Under the pieces are notes generated by a model, which made no database searches, had not been told where the DNA came from, and was given only the letters and a program-made list of their open reading frames with translations. Below, one piece after another: positions 1-9,336 of a DNA stretch of 64,000 bases (within the stretch, counting starts at the first letter, position 1; every line of letters begins with the position of its first letter). The stretch comes from Vampirovibrionales bacterium (GTDB lineage: Bacteria > Cyanobacteriota > Vampirovibrionia > Vampirovibrionales > JAJTHC01): assembly GCA_044346175.1 (NCBI GenBank), contig JBIIZQ010000001.1:145224-209223 (forward strand). Reading direction: 5' to 3'. The position numbers and the translations under genes are program-made.

Positions 1-400
1 TTAAACACATGCGTATTAAGCCTCTTTCATCGGTACCAGAGGGGAAGAATCCATGGCGTTGAAAAAAGTTTAAACTGGCGATATTGTCTGGTTTAACCTT
101 AATTTCTGCTTCAGGGAAAAGGGGCAATACAGCTTTCAACATGCACCCAGCAACCCCTTGTCTTTGAAAAGAGGGTGCGACAGCCAAACGGAGGTCTTTC
201 TCTACCACGCCAATGAAGCCCACGGGTTCCGTTCCTGCCCAGCATATCCAGTAAAAAGCACGATACTTTGCCATATATAGGGCTTGTTGCTCAGAGGTAA
301 TATCCTCTTGGTATACAAAGCCTGATTTGAGGGTATTACGTAGTACCCGAATAAACTCATCTTCTTGAGGGGTTGCTGGCAGACACGTAAGCGTTACCAT
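1..400 (-). CDS. GNAT-family N-acetyltransferase, partial (C-terminus runs off the window start)
   Basis: Not in the ORF track (no stop in window). Manual translation of the minus strand from ATG at 398-400 gives MVTLTCLPATPQEDEFIRVL...VGFIGVVEKDLRLAVAPSFQRQGVAGCMLKAV..., a GNAT motif-A-like Q/R-x-x-G-x-G/A segment. The start overlaps the stop of the upstream ORF as ATGGTAA. Confidence 0.45.
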   Translation of the reverse strand, partial: MVTLTCLPATPQEDEFIRVLRNTLKSGFVYQEDITSEQQALYMAKYRAFYWICWAGTEPVGFIGVVEKDLRLAVAPSFQRQGVAGCMLKAVLPLFPEAEIKVKPDNIASLNFFQRHGFFPSGTDERGLIRMCL

Positions 401-1266
401 AGACAGACCTTTCCTGAGTCGGCATTATGCTCACCCAACCAAAGCTCCTTGAGATAGGCACGATCTAACTTCATCCCCATGAAAGCATTCAACGCCGTAC
501 CTACATCCATGTAGGTATTACTATCGCACGTTTCATAAAGCTGATGAATGGCCATTTTACTGAACGAGGAAGCTGAAAATAAAAACAGATGCCCTGTAAT
601 GCCTTCTGAAAGTATCCATTGCTTCATGGTATCAATTAACCCATAATCGTTAATCATGGCATTATAGCCTACCTTAAAAGTCTTCATAACAAAGGGGAAA
701 AGGGTAGGGTCGGCTTTCTCGTTACACACAAACACAGTAGGGTACTGATTAAAAAGTGGGAGCATTTCATGGATAAACCGATGATAATTGGCGTTAATTA
801 ACAGATTCGCCCATGTTAAGTGTTCCAAGTCCCCCGTACCGTGGGCTTCTCGTTGCCATTCAAAATCTTCTTGTCCTACACAACACCGACAACTTAGCCC
901 CTTAAAGTAGCGTGGTTTACGAAACCGAAAAGCATCCATGAGGCGTGCTTGATAAAAGCCATGCTCATCAGGATGGAAGCGCTTGAAGTCCTCTTTTGCA
1001 TAAGGACCCTCTGTGACGTGTGACCCAATTTTAACTAAGTTCTGGTCAAGCACGAGTTCTTTATTTTGGAGGATGAACAATTCACCGTCTGAAAATCGGT
1101 TAAAGGCAAAAGGGATACGGTTCTGAAGTAAAGTCAGGATAGTGTTGAAGTCTTGCTTAAAACATTTGCTTGCTTCTGTGACAGGCATAGGCATGGCTTC
1201 AGCCACATAGGGCGTGGCTAACGGCATAGGAAAGACTCCTGAGCTGTTGAGACGTTTTGTGACCAC
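394..1266 (-). CDS. Putative glycosyltransferase, possibly GT-D/DUF1792-like with an RFSDGE (DxE) motif. The true start is probably an internal ATG near 1194-1227, because the listed start is GTG directly after an in-frame TGA.
   Basis: 290-aa ORF co-directional with GT-A and lpxD. The FNRFSDGE segment resembles the DxE metal-binding motif of DUF1792 transferases. The family call is weak. Confidence 0.3.
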   Translation of the reverse strand: MVTKRLNSSGVFPMPLATPYVAEAMPMPVTEASKCFKQDFNTILTLLQNRIPFAFNRFSDGELFILQNKELVLDQNLVKIGSHVTEGPYAKEDFKRFHPDEHGFYQARLMDAFRFRKPRYFKGLSCRCCVGQEDFEWQREAHGTGDLEHLTWANLLINANYHRFIHEMLPLFNQYPTVFVCNEKADPTLFPFVMKTFKVGYNAMINDYGLIDTMKQWILSEGITGHLFLFSASSFSKMAIHQLYETCDSNTYMDVGTALNAFMGMKLDRAYLKELWLGEHNADSGKVCLW

Positions 1267-2132
1267 TCAGAAAATTTTAAAAGCTGCCAACCTTGGCTTA
1301 TACAGGCACGATAGTACTGGTTGACACCCGTCAAAAAGGTGTCATCCGCTTTTTGTAGGCTTCGCTTTTTTTTGATATGTTTTAAGGAAATAGCATGAGT
1401 ATCGGTGCCAAGTTCCCAGCCTTGGGTACTTCCCCAAAACTCAGGAGCCTCTTTAGGATGAGGTGGTACCCAAGTGGGTAAGTTCATATATTTTTGAAGG
1501 GTATATGAAAAATGAATATCCTCACCACAAAGCTGTACATCTAATAGCGGTAATTCACGACAATATGCCGTGAGGAAGGCTTTTTCAAAAAACCAAGCGT
1601 GTCCCACAATATCCACTAGCACAGGTGTTTCGTTCGGGTTTGCCCAGCCATGGCGGGTGTGTTGATAATAATCTTGAGGGTCATCAAACACCAAGCCAAT
1701 ACTTCCTAGTAACCCTCGGTGTGTTTGGCTGGTGTGTAAGCAGTTCTCTAACCAACGGGGGCCAGGAATGGTATCGTCGTCGAAAATGCACACGTAGGTT
1801 GTGCGGGCATTCAGTGCATAGTAAAACCTTGCCCATACGCCCCAGTTATGGTTACTTACCGCCGCTTTTGTACGGGTAATCGCCCCAAAGTTGTAGCGGG
1901 TTAAACTCCCCAGCCCTTCAGAGGGGGCATTATACCAGAGCATGACCTCGGTAGGTGGCACGGTTTGTTGTTGCAAAGCTTTGAGTTGTGCATCGAGGTT
2001 TTTACCACGTCGAAAGCCATTGAGAATCACCGTCACGTCGGTAGCTGAAGGCAAACTTAAACGAGGACTTCCTTGCTGATAACACAAAGATACATCGTGA
2101 GCTGAAGAATCATTCACAGAAGCCATGACCAT
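1218..2132 (-). CDS. GT-A fold glycosyltransferase (DxD motif)
   Basis: 304 aa. The N-terminal VTVILNGFRRGKNL...QQT pattern is typical of GT2-like Rossmann N-termini. CIFDDDTIPGP is a DxD motif; CGEDIHFS follows. Contains an A8 coding tract (KKK) at 1366-1373. Confidence 0.45.
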   Translation of the reverse strand: MVMASVNDSSAHDVSLCYQQGSPRLSLPSATDVTVILNGFRRGKNLDAQLKALQQQTVPPTEVMLWYNAPSEGLGSLTRYNFGAITRTKAAVSNHNWGVWARFYYALNARTTYVCIFDDDTIPGPRWLENCLHTSQTHRGLLGSIGLVFDDPQDYYQHTRHGWANPNETPVLVDIVGHAWFFEKAFLTAYCRELPLLDVQLCGEDIHFSYTLQKYMNLPTWVPPHPKEAPEFWGSTQGWELGTDTHAISLKHIKKKRSLQKADDTFLTGVNQYYRACISQGWQLLKFSEWSQNVSTAQESFLCR

Positions 2133-2341
2133 GGATGCAATACTCTTTTTTTACGGAGATTCAGTGATTGAGGGGCAGTTACTTTGAGGGGAATCATTTT
2201 TGGGGTAATTATCCTTTTAATCATACCACAGGCAAAGGTTTCCCTGACACGTGCAAGGTTCGAGTGTGGTTATTTTAGCATGTTAAACCATAGAGGACAC
2301 AAACGATAGGGGCGAACCTATGGATGCACTCCTACCGTTTT

Positions 2342-3532
2342 TTAGGTGGCTTTTAAGGCATCCAGTTCTGAACGTAACTGACGAATCTCATCGTACATTG
2401 ATTTCAGTTTTCCCATGAGTGCCAATTCTGTAAATGCCTGACGACGAGGTTTTGCTGGAATACCCGCCACGACTTGTTTAGGCTCTACATCATTCATTAA
2501 CCCAGACTTTGCCATGACAATAGCATCATCCCCAATGGTGAGATGGTCTGCCATGCCTGTTTGCCCCGCAATAACAACACGTTTTCCAATACGGCAACTG
2601 CCCGCAATCCCCGTTTGACCTACAATCAAGCAATCTTCACCGATATGGGCATTATGAGCCACTTGCACTAAATTATCAATTTTGGTTCCAGAGGCAATGT
2701 ATGTATCCCCTAGTGTGGCACGGTCTACACAAGTGTTAGCACCAATTTCAACGTCGTCACCAATGACAACCCGTCCTAGAGAATGAATCCGTAAGATGTG
2801 TCCCTGCTGTTTTGCTTCTTTGTTAGGTAAAGAGGGGCTTCCTGTTTTTGCTTGTTCTGCCCTTGAAGCTTCTTGTGTGACAAAACTAAAGCCATCCCCT
2901 GCAATCACGGCATTGGGTTGTATGACGACTCGGTGTCCTAACACGGAACGGTCTCCTACACGTACCCCACTCATTAAAACACACCCTGAAGCAAGTGTGA
3001 CTTCCGCCCCTAGGGTGACATGGGGAAACAGCACGCATCCCGCATCCACTTTGCAATGAGGCCCCACGACACTATAAGCACCGACATGAGCCGTTGCATC
3101 CACTGAAGCCGTTGCATCAATGCACGCTGTAGGATGAATACCCTGTACATAGTGCATAGGCTGATTGAAACATTGAGACAAACTGGCTAAAAGTTTACGA
3201 GGACGAGGGGCTGAGACCCATCCCTCTAAGCCATGTGCCTCAGGGAGTGTAAGGTTTTCTGCAACAATCGCTACCTTTGCGTGTGGATGAGTCAAAACAG
3301 CCAAGGCGGACGCATCCATCAATAAGACAAGTTCATCCGATGCTTTCAATGCACGGGGATGTACCAACTGACAAACGGGTAACATGGGGTTCCCGTGTAA
3401 TGTCAAAGGCTCTTGGGTTTCAAGTAGCAAATAGTCATACAGTGCTTGGAGCGTCATAGGAGGCACTTCAGCACCCTCCTCAGACCCATGAGGCAAACGA
3501 TACAGCATCGGGTGTATCAAAGAAGAAAGCAT
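2342..3532 (-). CDS. lpxD: UDP-3-O-acylglucosamine N-acyltransferase LpxD, with a ~23-aa loop insertion
   Basis: Left-handed beta-helix hexapeptide repeats. The segment [51 protein letters not shown] aligns with E. coli LpxD. Extra residues [23 protein letters not shown] sit between GDGFSF and LGRV. Confidence 0.8.
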   Translation of the reverse strand: MLSSLIHPMLYRLPHGSEEGAEVPPMTLQALYDYLLLETQEPLTLHGNPMLPVCQLVHPRALKASDELVLLMDASALAVLTHPHAKVAIVAENLTLPEAHGLEGWVSAPRPRKLLASLSQCFNQPMHYVQGIHPTACIDATASVDATAHVGAYSVVGPHCKVDAGCVLFPHVTLGAEVTLASGCVLMSGVRVGDRSVLGHRVVIQPNAVIAGDGFSFVTQEASRAEQAKTGSPSLPNKEAKQQGHILRIHSLGRVVIGDDVEIGANTCVDRATLGDTYIASGTKIDNLVQVAHNAHIGEDCLIVGQTGIAGSCRIGKRVVIAGQTGMADHLTIGDDAIVMAKSGLMNDVEPKQVVAGIPAKPRRQAFTELALMGKLKSMYDEIRQLRSELDALKAT

Positions 3533-4746
3533 GATGGAGGTACCTTTAAAGCTTTACACAGAGACAAGCATCGTCATAAACACAGGTATTTCACTTGCAG
3601 TGAGAAGAGGGCGGGGGAAGAGAACCTGTAGGGTCTATCCCCTCCCTCTTGAGATACGCTTAGTATATGACAAAGGTAGCACTTAGACGTACCCTTTTAA
3701 CGTGAACACAGGGCTTGGTACCTATTTTACGTACGCCTATCCAGCACATATAAAAAGACAAAGACTCATAGACTGTGGCTATTACAAGCCTGAAAAGAAA
3801 AATGACCCTTGAAACCAGCTTCTGCTTGGAGGTGGTATCGAGTAAAAGGCTACACAAAGCCTTACAAGACCCCTACCTCACAAACCTTCAGACGGTAACG
3901 AGAGCCAAAGTGACTGAATGCTATTGAACTCAATATCCAAAAAACGCTGGCGCAATAAAACGCCCAAACGGCAATAGCTTTTTACAGTATCTTAAATAGC
4001 TTAAACAGACGTTCACACGATTTTCACAGCGTCGCTCATGAGTACATCACAAGAAAAACCCACAGTATCTTTAATGATACGATAAGTTTTTAGCCTTGAA
4101 GTGCCAAACCCGTATGTGCCACTTGGGAGGACGGTCTACCGTAGGCATTACGTGCCGCTGCACTACACAGCGCAGATTTACACTCTTGGAACATGAGTCC
4201 AGTACCCGTTAAATAAACTTGAAATGCGTTTGGAGGTGCTTGTAGTTTGTTGACTGTGGTATTGGCTTGCATAGCGGTTGTGGCAAGGTGAGCTGGCTGA
4301 GCGACGGTGCTTACCTTTGCACCAAAAACAGCTGGCTTACTGAGTGCATAGACTGGGAAGTTTTGTTGAATGCGCATCAGGGATACCTCACTAGCCACAA
4401 AAGGTGATTCACTTAAAAAGAACACCATACAAAGTAAAATAAAGCTTTTAGGAAAGCACTAACAGCTTTTCCTTATGTTGTTATAGTAGCACTTTGTCAT
4501 AGAGTTGTCAACATTTTGTCAAGATATTGTCAATAAGATGCCTTGAAGTTGTCTTATATATGTCTTCAAAATGTCACGAATAAGCTTGGGTGTCACACAA
4601 GAAGCATCCGCCATGCGTTAGAGATGACGTATCGTATGCTCGTAGGGTATTTCAAGCAAGAGGATTATCAGCCCCCTAAGACTCTGGCATACTAGCTTCA
4701 TACGCTTATCGCAGCACCACCTTTTTGTACCCGTTGCTACTCACAG

Positions 4747-5787
4747 TTGCCATTGAAAAAGAGGTTTCACGTTGAAATGATGTCTCTCTATAACTTTTTT
4801 GCAAATGCTTTTCACCGTGATGGCACTTCTAAAAATGGCTCTGAAGACCCCTTAAAGCCACACACCCAAGCCATGCCATCAGGCATGAATGCCTCCACTC
4901 AAGAAAGACGACAAGAAGGCTCAAATGCTGAGCTTGTTACAGAAGTGCGAACAGAAGTGCGACAGGTATCCGATACGACGGCCTCTACCATACCAACAGA
5001 CACGTCTACCCCAAGTGCCATGGCGGCACATGCACGTTTAAAACGAGAACTTCAACAAGAGGTTCAAGTATTGAGGGCTTTCAATGAAGTACAAGACCCC
5101 CATTTGCATACACCATCCCCCGCCCATGCCTCTGCCAAAACGATGGACACTGAAAATCAACTGATTCATCAATATAGTCCTTTGAAGCAATATGTGGGTA
5201 TTGAGGTCATTGAAACCTATACCCCCACGCAGTATGCTTCTGCTGTGGAAGAAAACCCACAAGAGGCTCTTACTTCAAGAGACAGACAAGCCCAAGGGCT
5301 AAAGCATACTTCAGCGACAGTTTTACTCACCCCTGAGGAAGCACCTACTGACAAAAGCACTTCTCAGGCTATGACGCAAGTGCATAAAAGCTTTTGGGAA
5401 GGATGTTTGTATCAGGTATCCCCTAACATTCATATTGTCACCTATCATAGCCATATGGCAGGGCAACGCTATACCCATACCTTAAAAATGGCAGCAGGTA
5501 TCCTGAATATGGTCAAAATGGGTGAAGACCAAGTGCGTCAAACGTTTCAAATGAATGACTGGCATGCCACACAACATTTTTTTGAGGGGCGTTCTCTAGT
5601 ATTGCGCCATTTCACCCATCGCTTAACACTTAACTTTCAGCCTACGCAAGATTGTTTTAGCCCTGCACAAAATAAAACATCGGATACTTTGGGAGGGGCT
5701 TTGGGACATATCTACTTGACCTACGACCTCTGGAGTGGGAATCATGTTTTGGGGCGTTATGAAAAATCTTGGCGGTTTTTCGGCTGA
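4747..5787 (+). CDS. Hypothetical protein with a low-complexity S/T/Q-rich N-terminal half
   Basis: 346-aa ORF in otherwise empty space. No recognisable motif. Confidence 0.35.
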   Translation: MPLKKRFHVEMMSLYNFFANAFHRDGTSKNGSEDPLKPHTQAMPSGMNASTQERRQEGSNAELVTEVRTEVRQVSDTTASTIPTDTSTPSAMAAHARLKRELQQEVQVLRAFNEVQDPHLHTPSPAHASAKTMDTENQLIHQYSPLKQYVGIEVIETYTPTQYASAVEENPQEALTSRDRQAQGLKHTSATVLLTPEEAPTDKSTSQAMTQVHKSFWEGCLYQVSPNIHIVTYHSHMAGQRYTHTLKMAAGILNMVKMGEDQVRQTFQMNDWHATQHFFEGRSLVLRHFTHRLTLNFQPTQDCFSPAQNKTSDTLGGALGHIYLTYDLWSGNHVLGRYEKSWRFFG

Positions 5788-6171
5788 ATTGCGTCATCCT
5801 TGAATGCTTTTTGTCTATCCTATGGGTTAGTCTTGAGGCCTAGCTCATGAAATGCCATGAAAAGCAAAAAAAAGCTTAATGCACTTTCATTAAAGCGTGT
5901 GTTCCATTATATTAAAAAAGTTAAGTGTGAATCCAGCGCCGTACTCGTTTCTTAAACCGTGTTCTCTACAGAATTTTCGAGGGGTCTTTTCGTCAAAGTC
6001 CTTTATTCTGTCAGTGTCATTGTGTTACAGTAGGGTATTGAAAGTGTGTTTTCTCTCTTCATCCCCACACAATGTCTTTCGCTTTCTCTTTCTTGTTGTG
6101 TGGTACCCTGAGAAGGGCCATGCTACTTGTTTGTTTACCAATTTTATTTTTAAAAAGACAGGACCAATGCT

Positions 6172-6504
6172 ATGATGATGGCTGGCAACGTGATTGAAAT
6201 TACTGATGCTCAGTTTGAAGAACAAGTACTTCAGGCCACTACTCCCGTACTTGTTGACTTTTGGGCGCCTTGGTGTGGTCCTTGCCGTGCTTTGGCACCT
6301 ACCATTGCTGAAGTCTCCGAAGAACTTGCTGGCAAAGTCAGAGTTTGCAAAATCAACACTGATGAAAACATCCAAAGTGCTCAAAAATTTGGTATCAGTA
6401 GCATTCCTACGGTCATCCTTTTCAAAGATGGCAAACCTGTTGAGCAAAGCGTTGGCAACCGTCCCAAAGCAGACTTTGTGAAAATGATTGAAGCCCATTT
6501 ATAG
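6172..6504 (+). CDS. trxA: Thioredoxin
   Basis: 110 aa with the WCGPC active site and a thioredoxin fold pattern (VLVDFWAPWCGPCR...KINTDEN...PTVILFKDGK). Confidence 0.85.
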   Translation: MMMAGNVIEITDAQFEEQVLQATTPVLVDFWAPWCGPCRALAPTIAEVSEELAGKVRVCKINTDENIQSAQKFGISSIPTVILFKDGKPVEQSVGNRPKADFVKMIEAHL

Positions 6505-6512
6505 GGTTTATT

Positions 6513-6570
6513 CAATACCAAGACAAAAGGGGTGCAGTAGTGCTACTGCACCCCTTTTGTCTTGGTATTG
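6513..6570. terminator. Bidirectional intrinsic terminator: perfect 28-bp inverted repeat with a 2-nt spacer
   Basis: caataccaagacaaaaggggtgcagtag-tg-ctactgcaccccttttgtcttggtattg. A GC-rich stem core is followed by a TTTTG run on both strands. It lies between convergent trxA and the minus-strand low-complexity gene. Confidence 0.6.
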
Positions 6571-6629
6571 AAAGATAAAAATAAAGAGAGAGAGTGTGTA
6601 TGTGTGCTTGAGAGAGAGGGTAAAACACC

Positions 6630-7643
6630 CTAAACGGTTTGATAACTACTTGGACGACCCAACATGGACGTATTTTGTAGCATTTGCATAAACGCTGTAA
6701 TGGAGGCGGGTAAAGCCCCAATTTGAGGCCCAATATTATCATAGCCTACAGGGATACCAAAGGCATTATTACGAAAGCTTTTAAGAGGCGAAAGAGGGTC
6801 TCCTCCTGTGGCGGTCGCAGCAAGAGGGGTTCGTCCATCTCCCTGTGGGGAACGAGGTAAGGGTAAACCCCGTGCTGCAATATTGGGGGTACCCGTGGCT
6901 CGTGGCGGTTGGTCAGCCAAACGCTGGTTGGCAAGCATCTGAATAATGCCCTCCATGGTACGAGAAACCTGTTGTGCATCTCTTTGTGGGGTTTGAGCAA
7001 GCCCCGTCCTTGCTTGAATAAGACTTTGCAATACCAAGCCCATGAGTGCCTGTTGCTGCTGGGCTTGTTGAAGTTGTTGGCGTTGGGCTTCAGCAGCTTG
7101 GATTTGAGGACCTTGTGCCATTGGGGGAGCCATCATGGGGGTAGGTGGTTGAAATGGAGACTGACCTTGAGGCGGCATGCCATGACCAACAGGCATACCA
7201 TTGGGTGAAGGCATGTTCATAACCCCTGGGGTAGGCATGGGTGTGGGAGCGTTATTTGCAGAGGTATTGAGGGTAATCGTCATACCGCCGCTTTGAATGG
7301 TTGCCGACCCACCTGGAGGAATCCCTATGGTTTGACCATTCACTTGAAACATCGAGCCACCTTGGGGACTAGGAGGAGGCATTTGCAACTGTGCTTGGGG
7401 TGAAAACTGAGGCATGGCATTTTGGGGTATGCCTTGGTTGGGCAACATCATGGATGCAAAGGGGATGCTTCCTGGGGGCATTGGCCCGCCTCCCGTAGCT
7501 GAAGAACCTCCTGCGGCTCCTAGGCTCATCGCACCACCCATGCCTGAGGCATTGCCTCCCTGTGTTTGAGGGGACATACCCATGGGGTTGAAGCCGTTCA
7601 TCATAGGTTGTCCGCCACCCATGGGGGGCATCATCATGTTCAT
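6630..7643 (-). CDS. Met/Pro/Gly/Gln-rich low-complexity protein with a more ordered C-terminal ~90 aa
   Basis: 337 aa, MNMMMPPMGGGQPMMNGFNPMGM... with a Q-rich coiled segment QRQQLQQAQQQQALMGL. Flanked by two clean terminators. Confidence 0.5.
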   Translation of the reverse strand: MNMMMPPMGGGQPMMNGFNPMGMSPQTQGGNASGMGGAMSLGAAGGSSATGGGPMPPGSIPFASMMLPNQGIPQNAMPQFSPQAQLQMPPPSPQGGSMFQVNGQTIGIPPGGSATIQSGGMTITLNTSANNAPTPMPTPGVMNMPSPNGMPVGHGMPPQGQSPFQPPTPMMAPPMAQGPQIQAAEAQRQQLQQAQQQQALMGLVLQSLIQARTGLAQTPQRDAQQVSRTMEGIIQMLANQRLADQPPRATGTPNIAARGLPLPRSPQGDGRTPLAATATGGDPLSPLKSFRNNAFGIPVGYDNIGPQIGALPASITAFMQMLQNTSMLGRPSSYQTV

Positions 7644-7733
7644 ATTTTTTAGCTCTCGGTGTTGGGTCTCTTCAATGGGGAGGTGTCAAGTTGGTATAGC
7701 TTAATAAAACCTTGTAAAAGGAGACGATTGCCC

Positions 7734-7770
7734 AAAAACTCAGGACTTGGTATGTTTACCAAGTCCTGAG
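7734..7770 (-). terminator. Intrinsic terminator of rpsA
   Basis: Perfect 14-bp stem ctcaggacttggta / taccaagtcctgag with loop tgtt, followed on the minus strand by TTTTT. It lies ~35 nt downstream of the rpsA stop. Confidence 0.55.
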
Positions 7771-7803
7771 GGAGAGATGGTGCGATGAGACTCGCTACAC
7801 TAC

Positions 7804-8943
7804 TTATTCAGCAGAAGATTCATCTGCAATGGGCATTAAACCCATGCTAACACGACGCTCTTCCACATTTAAGCGGTTAATGTAACCTTGTACCAAAGTA
7901 CCAGGCTGCAACTTCTCACCACGTTGTTGCTCAAGTGCATGGAGTTCACGTGAGGGTAATAAGGCTTCAACACCAGTAATAATTTCAACAAAGGCACCGA
8001 AGTTTTTCACACGAGTAATAGCACCTTCAACAGCTTTACCGATGGAGAGTTCACGCTCAACAGTAATCCATGGGTCTTCCTGAAGGGATTTCACAGACAG
8101 CGAAATGCGCTGACGTTCCGCATCTACACTGATGACTTCCACTTTTACGCTATCGCCCACTTTAAGCAAGTCGCCAGGATGTTCCACCCAACGCCAAGAC
8201 ATTTGTGATAAGGGCAGTAAGCCATCTACGCCACCAAGGTCGACGAAAGCACCAAAGTCTGCAAGACGAACCACTTTACCTTCGATAACAGCACCAATAT
8301 CGATTTTCTCGAATTGCTCACGACGGTCAGCAAACTGTTGCTCGCTAAGCACTTTTTTGTGGCTAAGAATAAGGTTGTTGCGTGCGGCATCCAAGGTAAG
8401 GATTTTAACCTGCACGGTGGTACCGATAAGTTCTTCAAGAGGCTTTTGAATCCCTAAATGGCTCCGAGGAATAAACCCACGTACACCTTCAACCACACCC
8501 AGTAAACCGCCACGTACACGACCAATAATGGCACAGTCTAAGATACGGTCTTCAGTGGCAATAACTTCAATTTGTTTCCAAGCGTATGCCACAGCAACAC
8601 GCTTACGAGAGAGGGTAATAACCCCATGTTGGTCTTCATGACGTAGGATGAAAAACTCATACTCAGAACCCGCCACGAGTTTACCATCTTCCCCTTCAGC
8701 AAGGGTACTTTTGTCAGCAACTTCACGGTAAGGACACACGGCATGGGTTTTTGCCCCAATATCAACGTGGTACCCTTGGTGTTCTTGGGCAATAACTTTA
8801 CCTTGAATGATTTGACCTTTTTGAAAGCTATAGCCATAGCTTTCTTCAAGCAATGAGGTAAACTCAGTTTTAAAATCGTCAGCTTGTTGGAGAATATCAC
8901 TGAGTTTACGAAGGCGGGTTTTGAACAGGGAGGACAGCATCAT
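7804..8943 (-). CDS. rpsA: 30S ribosomal protein S1, short four-S1-domain form
   Basis: 379 aa with four S1/OB repeats (GQIIQGKVI.., ILDCAIIGRV.., GAVIEGKVVRLADFGAFVDLGG.., GKAVEGAITRVKNFGAFVEI..). Resembles the Bacillus YpfD-type S1. Confidence 0.8.
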   Translation of the reverse strand: MMLSSLFKTRLRKLSDILQQADDFKTEFTSLLEESYGYSFQKGQIIQGKVIAQEHQGYHVDIGAKTHAVCPYREVADKSTLAEGEDGKLVAGSEYEFFILRHEDQHGVITLSRKRVAVAYAWKQIEVIATEDRILDCAIIGRVRGGLLGVVEGVRGFIPRSHLGIQKPLEELIGTTVQVKILTLDAARNNLILSHKKVLSEQQFADRREQFEKIDIGAVIEGKVVRLADFGAFVDLGGVDGLLPLSQMSWRWVEHPGDLLKVGDSVKVEVISVDAERQRISLSVKSLQEDPWITVERELSIGKAVEGAITRVKNFGAFVEIITGVEALLPSRELHALEQQRGEKLQPGTLVQGYINRLNVEERRVSMGLMPIADESSAE

Positions 8944-9093
8944 AGGGTCGTATGGGAGTCACACATGACGGTCATTACTGCTATGGCGATACCAGTAAGA
9001 GGCTGTGTGGTCTTAAACTAAAGGGTAACGTTAAAAATCAAAAGGAGAGCAAAAAACACGTATCAGAAAAACAAGTCTTAAAGTAAGGCTAAG

Positions 9094-9134
9094 TATATAC
9101 TACTATATATACTATGGTAATACATATATACTAC
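9094..9134. repeat. Three copies of TATATACTA(C/T) in the rpsA upstream region
   Basis: Copies at 9094, 9106 and 9125 in AT-rich DNA ~150-190 bp upstream of the rpsA start. Confidence 0.5.
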
Positions 9135-9177
9135 AAGTAAAACCTGAGATGACACAAGTATGAAAAATTAACCCTTT

Positions 9178-9206
9178 CCATTTAAAACTGTAACATGGCG
9201 TTACAG
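9178..9206 (-). terminator. Probable terminator of the SWIM/SNF2 helicase gene
   Basis: Stem ctgtaac / gttacag with loop atggc, followed on the minus strand by TTTTAAAT. It lies ~130 nt downstream of the stop at 9337. Confidence 0.35.
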
Positions 9207-9336
9207 TCTATCAGGAAGCAAGCCATTCTCAAAAAACGCCGACTTCTTTGTTAATGATAGATTATTTCATCACAAAAAGTTAGCACCTCGCCATTTCTAA
9301 GGTAAGTGCAGGAGGCTGTGCAGCATAGAGATAACC

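Noticed and set aside
1218-1266. 49-nt overlap between the two glycosyltransferase ORFs suggested a frameshifted single gene
   Set aside because: The downstream ORF's listed start is a GTG immediately after an in-frame TGA, an artefact of longest-ORF calling. In-frame ATGs at ~1227 and ~1194 give a normal non-overlapping start, and the two proteins have different folds (GT-A versus DxE-type).
2255-2275. tRNA-like T-loop string ggTTCGAGTgtgg
   Set aside because: No complementary T-stem, acceptor stem or anticodon arm can be drawn around it.
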